Positions 13,279 to 25,057 of a stretch of 64,000 nucleotides of DNA are shown piece after piece (position 1 is the stretch's first letter; each line of letters opens with the position of its first letter). Under the pieces are notes generated by a model that was not told the DNA's origin, searched no databases, and saw nothing but the letters and a program-made list of their open reading frames with translations. The translations under genes and the position numbers were made by a program. This DNA is from Malacoraja senta (lineage: Eukaryota). Location of the stretch: contig CM075994.1 in the NCBI GenBank assembly GCA_038087875.1, positions 6,760,001 to 6,824,000 of the forward strand, given 5' to 3'.

Positions 13279-13520
13279 CACTCGACGATAAACGCTGACC
13301 GTGCAACTGATTAAAAAGGCTAAATTGTTATTCATCAGTCAGTCGACCTTCCTCGCTGTAGGTTTAAGAACGCGCTGACCCTATCAATTCTGGATCGGTG
13401 ACCAGCTTCCGTGATAAAGGAATCGGTCACACAGTTTTGACACAGCGATTTGTGGCAAGACTTCACTGGATACAAAACCTCACGGGCAGAAGGCACTAGC
13501 GAGCTCAGGGACACCAGAGG

Positions 13521-13529
13521 TTATAAAGG
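13521..13529 (+). promoter_or_regulatory. Candidate TATA box of the TRIM-derived gene
   Basis: TTATAAAGG in non-repetitive DNA about 85 nt upstream of the first downstream ATG (GGAACCATGT, 13609), with no intervening ATG. Confidence 0.45.
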
Positions 13530-13608
13530 ACCTCCGTTGTACTTGGTACGCAACATTGCCACCATTTATCTGACTGAGCCCCGGCCTGGCGCGTTGAAAC
13601 CGGGAACC

Positions 13609-13794
13609 ATGTACGAGTTGCTCTCCGAGAAAGATGAGCTGATGAAAGCGGAGCTGGAGAGAGAAGCGGACAAGATACTGGAAGAGATTGAGAGCAACCT
13701 AAAGAAGACCAGCGATGAGATGTCTTCCCTCGAGCACGCCCTCAGAAGCCTGCAGGACAACGATGACCTCCATGAAGCCTCCAAACTTCTCAAG
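13609..13794 (+). CDS. Exon 1 of a TRIM-derived coiled-coil gene (no RING or B-box)
   Basis: MYELLSEKDELMKAELEREADKILEEIESNLKKTSDEMSSLEHALRSLQDNDDLHEASKLLK followed by a phase-0 donor AAG|GTAAAG; resembles the second coiled-coil exon of TRIM39/69/A33-like proteins. Confidence 0.7.
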
Positions 13795-14174
13795 GTAAAG
13801 ACGGGCTTGAGTTTGAGTTTGAAGATAGATTTAAAAAAAATGCTGGAGTAACTCAGCGGGAGAGGAGGGTCACGGGGAGAACGTACAAAATCCGCACCAG
13901 TAGTCGGGATTGAACCCGGGTCTCCAGCGCTGTAAGGCAGCAACTCTACTGCTGCGCCACATATTCCTTCTCTCCAGAGATGCTGCCTGACCCGCTGACT
14001 TGTGTCCATCTTCAGTGTAAACCAGCATCTGCAGTTCCTTCCTCCACAGCTTGAGTTTGAGCCCAGTTTACTGTCACGTGCACCGAGTTACATGGAGTTG
14101 CTGCCTCACACCGCCAGAGACCCGGGTTCGATCCTGACCGCAGTTGCTGTCCTTAATGTGCAGGATAGAAGTAG

Positions 14175-14390
14175 CGGTCACGGCGGCGCAGCGGTAGAGT
14201 TGCTGCCTTACAGCGAATGCAGCGCCGGAGACCCGGGTTCGATCCCGAGTACGGGTGCTGTCTGTACGGAGTTCTCCCCGTGATCTGCTTTCTCCGAGAC
14301 ATTCTCCCACATTCCAAAGACGTCCAGGTTTGTAGGTTAATTGGCTTGGTAAATGTAATGAAGAATTGTCCCTAGTGGGTTAGGATAGTG
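14175..14390 (+). mobile_element. tRNA-derived V-SINE (HE1-like)
   Basis: A-box-like GGCGCAGCGG, B-box GGTTCGATCC, V-core GTACGGAGTT..CTCCCCGTG. Confidence 0.8.
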
Positions 14391-15236
14391 ACCCCCCCCC
14401 CCTCCCTCCCTCCTAACCTTCCAGGTGGTCTCTTCGGATTGGGGTAGATAGATTCTTGATTTGTACCGGTGTCAGGGGTTATGGGGAGAAGGCAGGGGAA
14501 TGGGGTTGAGAAGGCAAAGATAGATCAGCCATGATTGAATGGTGGAGTAGACATGATGGGCCAAATGGCTTAATTCTGCTCCTATATCTTATTATCTTAT
14601 CTTTTTCACACAGAGTTGTGGAATTCTCTGCCTCAGAGGGCGGTGGAGGCCGGTTCTCTGGATACTTTCAAGGGAAAGCTAGATAGGGCTCTTAAAGATA
14701 GTGGAGTCAGGGGATATGGGGAGAAGGCAGGAACGTGTTACTGATTGTGGATGATCAGCCATGATCACATTGAATGGTGGTGCTGGCTCGAAGGGCCGAA
14801 TGGCCTACTCCTGCACCTATTGCCTATTGTCTATTGTCTATTGTCTATGCTGGGTGCCTCGAGATTTAAAGTTGCCTTTTCTTTAACCAGAATCAATCTT
14901 CTTCTTCTCCTTGCGTATGGCGTGCACAACCTTAAGTTGTAAGACAACTTGTTCTGTTTCATCTTCTGTTGGTGCACACCAGGTTGATTGCATTCGTCGA
15001 AAAATGGTGGACCAGGTGAAGGTTGCAATCTCCAGCCCAATGACGTCCAGGAAGGAACTGCAGATGCTGGTTGAAACCGAAGATAGACACAAAAAGCTGG
15101 AGTAACTCAGCAGGACAGGCAGCATCTCTGGAGAGAAGGAATGGGTGACATTTCGGGTCGAGACCCTTCTTCAGTCTGGGAGTCAGGGGAAAGGGAAACG
15201 AGAGATTTAGATGGTGATATAGAGAGATATAGAACA

Positions 15237-15515
15237 GGGCGGCACGGTGGCGCAGCGGTAGAGTTGCTGCCTTACAGCCTTTCTAGAGACCTGGGTTCGA
15301 TCCGGACTACGGGTGCTGTCTATACGGAGTTTGCAAGTTCTCGGGCTTTCTCCGAGATCTTCAGTTTCTTCCCACACTCCAAGACATACAGGTTTGTAAA
15401 TTAATCGACTTGGTATACGTGTAAATTGTCCCCAGTGTGTGTAAGGTATCGTTAGTGTATGGGCATCGCTGGTCTGTTTCCGCACTAAGGGCCGGTTGGT
15501 GTCCCGCACTAAGCT
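15237..15515 (+). mobile_element. tRNA-derived V-SINE (HE1-like)
   Basis: GGGCGGCACGGTGGCGCAGCGGTAGAGTTGCTGCC...GGTTCGATCC head with a CR1-like tail. Further copies at about 6455-6715(-), 19705-20000(+), 20540-20833(-), 24715-24885(-), 27428-27660(+), 33190-33320(-), 43608-44085, 51553-51855(+), 52403-52700(-), 57095-57372(-), 60210-60535(-), 62390-62660(+). Confidence 0.85.
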
Positions 15516-15564
15516 AAATGTTTGCACAGAAAGAATTATGTTTCATCTGTTTCTTTCTCCCCAG

Positions 15565-15587
15565 GGCATTGCAGCTGCCTTGGACTG
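15565..15587 (+). CDS. Exon 2: 23-nt TRIM-type micro-exon (GIAAALDW)
   Basis: TTTCTTTCTCCCCAG|GGCATTGCAGCTGCCTTGGACTG|GTAAGT; exactly 23 nt, phase 0 to 2, like the linker micro-exon after the coiled-coil exon in PRY/SPRY-class TRIM genes. Confidence 0.7.
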
Positions 15588-15667
15588 GTAAGTAGATGTA
15601 ATAAATGGTCATTTATTTGCCACGGTTCTCTCAGAAAAGCAATAGCTTTAATCTCTGTGTCTTGTAG

Positions 15668-15778
15668 GCCGGATATACCAGATGACGACCCACCAGCAGA
15701 ACAACCATCACCCTCTGCCTGTGCACCAAAGCAACAAGACAACACTAAGGATGGCAATAAAAATGATGATGTTCCCAG
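15668..15778 (+). CDS. Exon 3 of the TRIM-derived gene (acidic, Pro-rich)
   Basis: TGTCTTGTAG|G...CCCAG|GTAAAG; 111 nt, phase 2 to 2, open in frame (PDIPDDDPPAEQPSPSACAPKQQDNTKDGNKNDDVP); follows an 80-nt intron. Confidence 0.6.
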
Positions 15779-15782
15779 GTAA

Positions 15783-16500
15783 AGAGTCATAGAGCGATAC
15801 AGCGTGGAAACAGGCCCTTCGACCCAACTTGCCCACACTGGCCAATTTCCGCCATCTACACTAGTCCCACCTGCCCGCGTTTGGTCCATATCCCGCTAAA
15901 CCTGTCCTATCCGTGTACCTGTCTAACTGTTTCTTAAACGTTGGGATAGTCCCAGCTTCAACTACCTCCTCTGGCAGCTTGTTCCATACACCCACCACCC
16001 TTTGTGTGAAAAAGTTACCCCTCAGATTCCTATTAAATCATTCCCCCTTCACCTTAAACCTGTGCCCACTGGTCCTCGATTCACTATCCTACACACTCAG
16101 GACAATTTACAGAGACCAATTAGCCTACAAACCTACATATCTTTAGATATGCGGGTTGTGGTTGTTTGCACAGAGACTGGTGGTTGCTTTGAACAAACTG
16201 CCAGCGTAGTGGAAGTAGCTTTGATAATGTTTTAAGCGACTTTTAAATAGTTGTGTAGTTTCGTTTAATTTTTAGTTTGGTATCAAATCTTTTCCCCATC
16301 ACCTTAAACCTATGTCCTCTGGTCCTCGATTCATCTACTCTGGGCAAGAGACTCTGTGCATCTACCCGATCCATTCCTCTCATGACCTTATACACCTTTA
16401 CAAGATCACCCCTCATCCTCCTGCACTCCAAAGAACAGAGTCCCAGCCTACTCAAACTCTCCCTATAGCTCACACAATCTAATCCTGGCAACATCTTCGT
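15783..16500 (-). mobile_element. CR1 3' fragment carrying a ~200-bp insertion
   Basis: MLPGLDCVSYRESLSRLGL...RTRGHRFKV on the - strand; interrupted at about 16084-16285. Confidence 0.8.
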
Positions 16501-17164
16501 ATCTCTTATCTTTTGTGTAGGAAAGGACTGCAGATGCTGGTTTAAACCGGATATAGACACAAAAATCTGGAGTAACTCAACAGTAACTCACCAGATCAGG
16601 CAGCCCCCAACCTCTGGAGAAAAGGAATAGGTGACGTTCGTTTCAGACTGGTTAGGGATGAGGGAAACGAGAGATATAGGCGGTGATGTGAAGAGATAAA
16701 GAACAATGAATGAAAGATATGCAAAAAAGTAATGATGATAAAGGCCATTGTTAGCCGTAGGCTAGGAGAGGATGAGTGAAACAGAGAGTGAAACTCAGCA
16801 AGACGACTGAAACTAGTATAATGACTCGGGTGGGGGCATGGATGGAGAGAGAGGGATGCAAGGGTTATTTGAATTAAGATAATTGGTGAGAAAAAACTTT
16901 TTTACCCAGAGAGTTGTGAATTTATGGAATTCCCTGCCACAGAGGGCAGTGAAGGCCAAGTCACTTGATGGATTTAAGAGAGAGTTAGATAGAGCTCGAG
17001 GGGCTAGTGGTGTCAAGGGATATGGGGAGAAGGCAGGCACGGGTTAATGACAGGGGACGATCAGCCATGATCACAATGAATGGCGGTGCTGGCTCGAAGG
17101 GCCGAATGGCCTCCTCCTCCACCTATTTGCTATGTTTTTATGTAAATGAAGTATGAGTATGAAT

Positions 17165-18408
17165 ATTGATTTATTCTATGCTCTACACCCCACGTTCTAC
17201 ACTATGCTTTACACTCCGCACTTCACGCCCTACGTTCCACACGCCATGCTCTATGCTATGCTCTACCCTCTGTGTTCCACGCTCAATGCTCTGCTCTACA
17301 TTTTACACACGATATGTTCTACGCTCTCTATTTTCTACGCTCTATCGTATATTTTCTATACTATCTATGCCCTAAGCTCTGCTCTATGCTCTATGCACTA
17401 CCCTCCACCCTCCACCCCTCACCCTCTACCCTCTACCCATGACCCTCTACCCTCCCTACCTTCCACCCTCCCCTCCATCCTCCCTCCACCCTCTACACTC
17501 CGCACTCCGCACTCTACACTCCACCACCCTCCACACTCTGCCCTCCCTTCACACTCCGCACTCCACACTCCACACTCCACCGCACTCCGCACTCTACACT
17601 CCACCACACTCCGCACTCCACAGGCTACACTCCACCACACTCCACACTCCACACTCCACACTCCGCACTCCACACTCCACACTCCACACTCTGCCCTCCC
17701 TCCACAATCCACCCTCTACACTCCACACTCCACACTCCACACTCCACCGCACTCCGCACTCTACACTCCACCACACTCCGCACTCCACAGGCTACACTCC
17801 ACACTCCGCATTCCACACTCCGCACTCCACACTCCACACTCCACACTCCACACTCTGCCCTCCCTCCACACTCCACCCTCTACACTCCACCCTCTACACT
17901 CCACACTCCTCCCTCCACCCTCCACCCTCCACCCTCCACCCTCCACACTCTACACTCCACACTCTACACTCCACACTCCACACACTCCGCCCTCCACCCT
18001 CCACCCTCTACATTCCACATTCCACACTCCACACTCCACACTCCGCAATCCACACTCCACCACCCTCCACACTCCACACTCCACCACCCTCCACCCTCCA
18101 CACTCTACACTCTACACACTCCACACTCCACACTCTACACTCCACCACCCTCCACACTCCACACTCCACACTCTACACTCCACACTCCACCACCCTCCAC
18201 CCTCCACCCTCCACACTCCACACTCTACACTCTACACTCCACACACTCCACACTCCACACTCTACACTCCACCACCCTCCACACTCCACACTCCACCACC
18301 CTCCACACTCCACACTCCACCACCCTCCACCCTCCACCCTCCACACTCCACACACTCCACACTCCACACTCTACACTCCACACTCTACACTCTACACTCC
18401 ACACTCTA
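17165..18408. repeat. Heptamer (CACTCCA)n-type minisatellite
   Basis: Directly visible CACTCCA / CTCTACA / CCCTCCA units. Confidence 0.95.
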
Positions 18409-18461
18409 TGACTCCGCTTGGTTCCTTAACGTAACGGCTTCTCATTCACCTTCTCTTCCAG

Positions 18462-18549
18462 TCTCGGCGTTCCTCACCGCATTCCCGAGCACAGCCAACA
18501 GGCGGCCACTCTTGCCCCGGGATCTGGTCAACGATGGCTTCAGGGATAA
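18462..18549 (+). CDS. Candidate exon 4 (terminal coding part) of the TRIM-derived gene
   Basis: Strong acceptor CCTTCTCTTCCAG| into non-repetitive sequence. In phase 2 it reads SLGVPHRIPEHSQQAATLAPGSGQRWLQG*, giving a 135-aa product. The phase-0 frame stays open past 18700, so the frame is uncertain. Confidence 0.35.
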
Positions 18550-19997
18550 GAGCCAAAGAGCGTCCGAATCAGCGGAAAATATTTGGTACAGACGCCAATC
18601 ATGGTGTGATCTCTGAGCTTCACATCGCAGAGATACCATCGGGAAGTGAAGTCTCAGCACCAAGCCAGTCTGGGCCACATGAAAGAAATCTTCACAGGTT
18701 CATTAACAAAGTATTACAACCGATTGCAAAATTCCAGGCCTCAGCACCGTTAGATTAGTTTAGTTTAGTTTAGTTTAGTTTAGTTTAGTTCAGTTTTGTT
18801 TAGTATTTTCCACCCCCTCCCACCAGAGGACATTCACAGTCATGTTGATGCACTACAACGCAAAGAACTATATTTTAGTTTAGGAAAGAACTGCGATGCT
18901 GTTTTAAATCGAAGGTAGACACAAAATGCTGGAGTAACTCAGTGGGTCAGGCAGTCTGGTGAAGGGTCACGACTCGAAACGTCACCCATTCCTTCTCTCC
19001 AGACATGCTGCCTGACCTGCTGAGTTACTCCAGCATTTTGTGTCTACCTAATATTTTAGTTTAGTTTAATTTAGAGATACAGAGCGGAAACAGGCCCTTC
19101 GGCCCACCGAGTCCGCACTGACTAGCGATCCTTGCACACTAGCACTATCATACACACACTAGGGACAATTTAAACATTTATAACCAAGCCAATTAACATA
19201 CAAGCCAATTAACCTGGTGTGTGTAGGATAGTGTTAGTGTGCAGGGATCGCTGGTCAGCGCGGACTCGGTGGGCCAAAGGGCCTGTTTCCACCCACACTG
19301 CATCTCTAAACTAAACTAAACTAAAATAGAGATGGCTCTGATGGCCAGGCAGCCCACAATGGTCCATTGTTGGCTGTGGAAGAGGTGAAAACGAAGAGAT
19401 AAGAACAGGGAAACTAGCAGGATGACTAGGGTGGGAACATAGATACCTCCTCCTCAACCAACAATGGACCATTGTGGGCTCTGTGACCACTGTTGCAGGC
19501 TCTGATTTGTTCTGTGCCTTTTCATACCTCTAGTATCCCTTCCCCCCCCCCTTGCCTCTCAGTCTGAAGAAGGGTCTTGGCCCGAAATGACACCCATTCC
19601 TTCTCTACAGAGATACTGCCTGTCGCGCTGTTACTCCAGAATTTTGTGTCCATCTTCGGTCTATAACCAGCATCTGCAGTTCTTTCATACACACTTCAGC
19701 TGCATGTGGCGCAGCGGGTAGAGCCGCTGCCTCACGGCGCCAGAGACACGGGTTCGATCCTGACCTCAACTGCTGTCAGTGTGTGTGTGTGTGGAGTTTG
19801 CACGTTCTCCCCGTGACCGCGTGGGTTTTCTCTGGGTGCTCCGGTTTCCTCCCATGTCCCAAAGATGTGCGGGTTTGTAGGTTAATCGACCCTCTGTAAA
19901 TTGCCTCCAAGTGTGTAGCGAGTGGATGAGAAATTGGGATAAGGTAGAACTAGTGTGTGAATGGGTGATCGCTGGTCGGCACGGACTCAGTGGGCTG

Positions 19998-20452
19998 AAG
20001 GCAAGGCAAGGCAAGGCAAGGCAAGGCAAGGCAAGGCAAGGCAAGGCAAGGCAAGGCAAGGCAAGGCAAGGCAAGTTTATTTGTATAGCACCTTTCAACC
20101 ACAAGGTAATTCAAAGTGCTTTACATAAAACATTTAAAGCATTTGAAAGAAACACATATAAAATGACTTTTAGATATAAAATGATTATTAGATTATTCAG
20201 ATAAAATAATTACAAAATTAAAAACAATCAAATAAAATATTTAAAATAGAATAAAACCAGGAATAGAAGTTACAGTGCAGTATCGGTAATTAATAAATTG
20301 TATTGTTTACTGAAAGGCAGCGGCAAACAGAAAAGTCTTCAGTCTAGATTTAATAGAGCTGAGAGTTGCAGCAGACCTGCAGTTTTCTGGGAGTTTGTTC
20401 CAGATATGTGGTGCATAAAAACTAAATGCTGCCTCTCCATGTTTAGTTCTTG
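19998..20452 (-). mobile_element. L2 LINE 3' end with a (CCTTG)n tail, inserted into a SINE tail
   Basis: Minus strand reads RTKHGEAAFSFYAPHIWNKLPENCRSAATLSSIKSRLKTFLFAAAFQ*; L2-type 3' end TGTAAAGCACTTTG...GGTGCTATACAAATAAA; (GGCAA)n at 19998-20074. Confidence 0.8.
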
Positions 20453-22769
20453 TTTCTGTGCTGTATCTCTAACCTAAACTAAACTCAACTCCGCTGGTCA
20501 GGCAGCATCTGTGGAAACATGGACAGTGACAATTCTTTAGACTTTAGTGAGACAGCGTGGAATCAGGACCTTCAGTCTACTGAGTGTGTACTGATCAGCG
20601 ATCACCTCATGCACCAACCTACATGCACTAGGGACAATTTTACAACTTACCAAAGCCAATGACCGTACAAACCTGCATGTCTTTGGAGTCAGGGAGGAAA
20701 CCGGAGCACCCAGAGAAAACCCACGCGGGTCAGGGGGAGAAGGTACAAACTCCGTACAGACAGCACCCGTAGTCAGGATCGAACCTCGGTCTCTGGCGCT
20801 GTGAGGCTGCAACTCTACCGCTGCGCCACCGTCACGCCCTCAATTTGCTATGGGACCTATCTTCAGACTGAAGTAAAAAAGTTGATCACATCTGAAACAT
20901 TACCCACCCATTGTGGTAGGGTAGAGAAGTTCATAAGTTCAAGGAGCAGAATTAGGCCATTCGGCCCATCAAGTATATCCCGCCATTCAATCATGGCTGA
21001 TCTATCTTTCCTTCTCAACCCCATTCCCCTGCCTTCTCCCCAAAACCCTGGACACACATACTATTCTAGAATCTATCTATCTCTGTCTTAAAAAGACCCA
21101 ATGACTTGACCTCCACAGACTTCTGTGGCAAAGAACTCCACAGATTCACCACCCACTGACTAAAAATATTCCTTGTCCTGAAGGAAACTGGAAGAGAGGT
21201 GGGGGTGGGACAAAGACTGGCGAGTGATAGGTGGATACGGGTGAGAGAGAGGGCGTTATGATTGCCGCATATTTTTCTTTCACCTTTCCCTCCTCCACGA
21301 CAATCGGCCTGTTGAAGGGTCCCGACCCGAAACGTCACTTATCCATGTTCTGCTGAGATGCTGCCTGACCCATTGATTTACCCCTGCACTTTGTGTCTAT
21401 TTTTCTCCAGAGATGCTGCCTGACCCACTGAGTTACTCCAGCACTTTTGTTTTTGTTTTGTAAAGCAGCGAGGAATCTGCAGCTCCTTGTGTCTCTACTT
21501 TGATCGATATTTGTATTGGTAAACTGACGCAGATGAGAATCGGGGCGGTAGAGAGGACCGGTAGAGTTGCTGCCTCACAGCGCTTGCAGCACCAGAGCCC
21601 GGGTTCAATCCTAAAGGAACGTCCTTTAATTCTGAGGGTATGACCTCTAGTCCTAGACTCTCCCACGAGTGGAAACATCCTCTCCACATTCACTCTATCT
21701 ATACCTTTCACTAAGCGGTAAGTTTCAATGAGGTTTCCCCTCATCCTTCTAAACGCCAGCAAATGGAGGCCCAATGCAGTCAAACGCTCATCATATGTTA
21801 ACCTACTCATTCCTGGGATCATTCTTGTAAACCTCCTCTGGACCCTCTCCAGAGCCAGCACATCCTTCCTCAGATATGGGGCCCAGAGCACCTTATAAGA
21901 GCCTCAGTGGAATCTATAGATTAATCTTGGTGGCTGCCGCCCTCTCTCCTCTCTGGTTTGTTTCAGACACACATTGAGTTGGGATGCAGTAAACCTCTGA
22001 TAAACTGCCAAACTGTCTGGAAGAGCACTGGCTCCGAGTGTGGCCCATCGCAAACTGGAGGAACATCAAGTCTACGTGAAATTCTGGCACATACGTGAGC
22101 ACTAGAGTGGCTGCGTTACAGCGATTTGCAACGCCGGAGACCAGGGTTCGATCCTGGCCCTGGGCGCTGTCTGTACGGCGTTTGGGAGGAAACCGGAGCA
22201 CCTGGAGATAACCCACGCGGGTCACAGGGAGAATGTACAAACTCCTTACATGCAGCACCCGCAGTCAGGATCGAACCCGGGTCTCTGGCGCTGTGAGGCA
22301 GCAACTCTACCGCTGCGCCACCCTGCCGATTATCTGAGTTTTACTGTACAATGAAATGGAATATTCTCCTCAACAGTGATAACTGTGCACAGTTAACCAG
22401 CAATCAATTGTGAACCTGCTGTCATTTTGATCCTATAATAAATGTTTGAGATACACTGCACCAGTATCAGGTGTGAAGATTGTTAAATCAGGGAAATACA
22501 TAAACCTTATGGCTTGGATAGAGTGGATGTGGAGCATGTTTTCAGTAGTGGGAGAGTCTAGGACTAGAGGTCATAGCCTCAGAATTAAAGGACGTTCCTT
22601 TAGGAAGGAGGTGGGGGGGGGGGATTTCTTAAGTCAGAGGGTGTTGAATCTATGGAATTCTTTGGCGCAGAGGGATGCAGAGGCCAAGTCAGTGGATATT
22701 ATTAAGGCAGAGATAGATAGATTCTTGATTAGTACGGGTGTCAGGGATTATGGGGAGAAGGCAGGAGAT

Positions 22770-23590
22770 TAGATTAGATTTTATTTGTTGTCATTTGAAT
22801 CCAGAGGTTCAAACGAAATTTGGTTTCTGCAGTCATACAAACAAGAAGAAGAACCAAGACACAACACAATTTACACAAACATCCATCACAGTGAATCTCC
22901 TCCCCACTGTCTTATCTCTCCCCTGCACTCCCCATTCTCCTCCCGATGTCAAAGTCAAAGCCCCCGGTGGGCGACGGTAAATAAGTCCCACGGCCATTAA
23001 AGCCGTGCCGGGCGATGCAAGGTCGCGCTCCGGGTCTTGATGTTGGAGCCCTTGGCGGGCGCTAGCAAGTCCCGCGGCCGTTTGAGCCGCGCCGGGCGAT
23101 ATAAGGCCCCGCTCCAGGTCATCTTCAACCCCGCAACTCGGGCGGGAGCAGTTGCCGTTCCGGAAGCTCCGAAAAGCGGTCTCTCACCAGGGACCCGTGA
23201 GCTCCCGGTGTTACCGTCCACCGGGCCGGCGGCTGGAGCCTTCGAATCTCCGGGGTCGGGCCGCTGCAGCGCGCCACCACAGCTCTCCACGCTCCGAACT
23301 CGGCCAGCTCCACGATGGTGAGTAAGTCCGCAGGCTCCGCGACTGGAGCCCCAGGTCGTTCCGGCTGGAGGCCGCTCCACGGTGCTAGGCCCCAACGACA
23401 ACGGAGACCCGACAGGGAAAGGTCGGGTCCTCCGTACAGGGAAAAGATTTTAAAAGTTTCACCAACCCCCGCCCCCCCACACATACCCAGTAAAAAAAAC
23501 ACTATACACTACACACTACACTCAAACGAGACAATTTAAAAAAAAAGACAGACGGACTGCAGAGGCCGCTGCGACGTGGGTCGCGCCACC
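22770..23590 (-). mobile_element. Non-autonomous GC-rich retroelement (same family as 7240-7990)
   Basis: Shared head (GGTGGCGC...GCAG..CGTCTGTCTTTT), G-run, GC-rich body and tail. Confidence 0.55.
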
Positions 23591-25057
23591 TACCGAGAAT
23601 GAGGTTAGGAGGGAGTGATAGATCAGCCATGATTGAGTGGTGGAGTAGGCGTGATGGGCCGAATGGCCTAATTCTGCTCCCATCACTTATGACCTTTGAA
23701 CATTGAACATTGAACAGGCCCTTCAGCCCAAAATGTCTGTACCGAACATTGTAATCAGGCAAGATGTACAGAAGTTTGATGTACTGAACCGTCCTCTCAT
23801 CAGCTGAAGAATGGTCCCGACCTCCCATCTACCTCATTGGACACCCTCGGACAATCTTTACTGGACTTTACCTTGCACGAAACGTTATTCCCTTTATCCT
23901 GTGTCTGTACACTGTGGACGACTTGATTGTAATCATGTGCAGTCTTCTGCTGACAGGATAGCACGCAACAAAATAGCTTTTCACTGTAGCTCGGTACACT
24001 TGATAATAATAAACTAAACTAAACTAATCTGATCCGCCTGCACTTAATCTATATGTATCCTGTAGCACAAGGCATGGATAGAGTAGACAGTCAGAACCTT
24101 TTTCCCAAGGGTGGAAATATCCAACACTAGAGGGCATAGCTACAGGGTGAGAGGGGGAAAGTTTAATGGAGATTTGCGGGGCAAGTTTTTTTACACAGAG
24201 GGTGGTGGGTGGCTGGAACGCGCTGCCAGGGTTGGTGGTGGAGGCCGATACGATAGTGGCGTTTAAGAGGGTTTTAGATAGGCACACGGAAGTGTGGGGA
24301 ATGGAGGGATATGGATCATGTACAGGCAGAGGAGATCAGTTTAACTTGGCATCATGTTCAGCAGTGGTGCAGGCCAAGTCAATGGTTAATCTTTAAAGAG
24401 TTTAGTTTAGTTTGGAGAAGCAGTGCGGCAGGCCCTTCGACCCACTGAGTCCGTGCCTACCAGTGATCCCCACACATTAAACCATCCTACACACACTAGG
24501 AACAATTTTACACTTATATCAAGCCAATTAAATACAATTTAAATATATCGCTGGCAGCCACATTTCTTGATTAGTACAGGTGTCATATGTTATGGGGAGA
24601 AGGCAGAAGAATAGGGTTAGGAGGGATAGGTAGATAGCCATGAATGAATGGTGGAGTAGACTTGATGGGCCGAATGGCCTAATTCTACTCCTATCCCTTA
24701 TGACCTTAACCTACAAGCATGGACATCTTTGGGAGGAAAGTGAAGATCCCGGAGAAAACCCACGAGGTCACTGGGAGAGCGTACAAATTCCTTCGAGACA
24801 GCACCTATAGTCAGGGTCGAACTCGGGTCTCTGGCGCTGTAAGCGCTGTAAGGCAAAAACTCTACCACTGCGCCACCGTGCTGCCTGGAAATTGACCGGT
24901 TCTTGATTAACACGGGTGTCAAAGGTAATGGGGAGAAGGCAGGAGAATGGGGTTGAGAGGGAAAGATAGATCAGCCAAGATCGAATGGCGGGGCAGACTC
25001 GATGGGCTGAATGGCCTAATTCTGCTCATGTCTCATGATGTTATGATCGTACCACCA

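Noticed and set aside
15237..15310. tRNA-like sequences with A and B boxes
   Set aside because: They continue into V-SINE core and LINE-like tails and are mutated in each copy; these are SINE heads, not tRNA genes.
17153..18616. 487-aa His/Pro/Ser/Thr-rich ORF and overlapping ORFs
   Set aside because: Product of a stop-free heptamer repeat; several frames are open and there is no domain signal.
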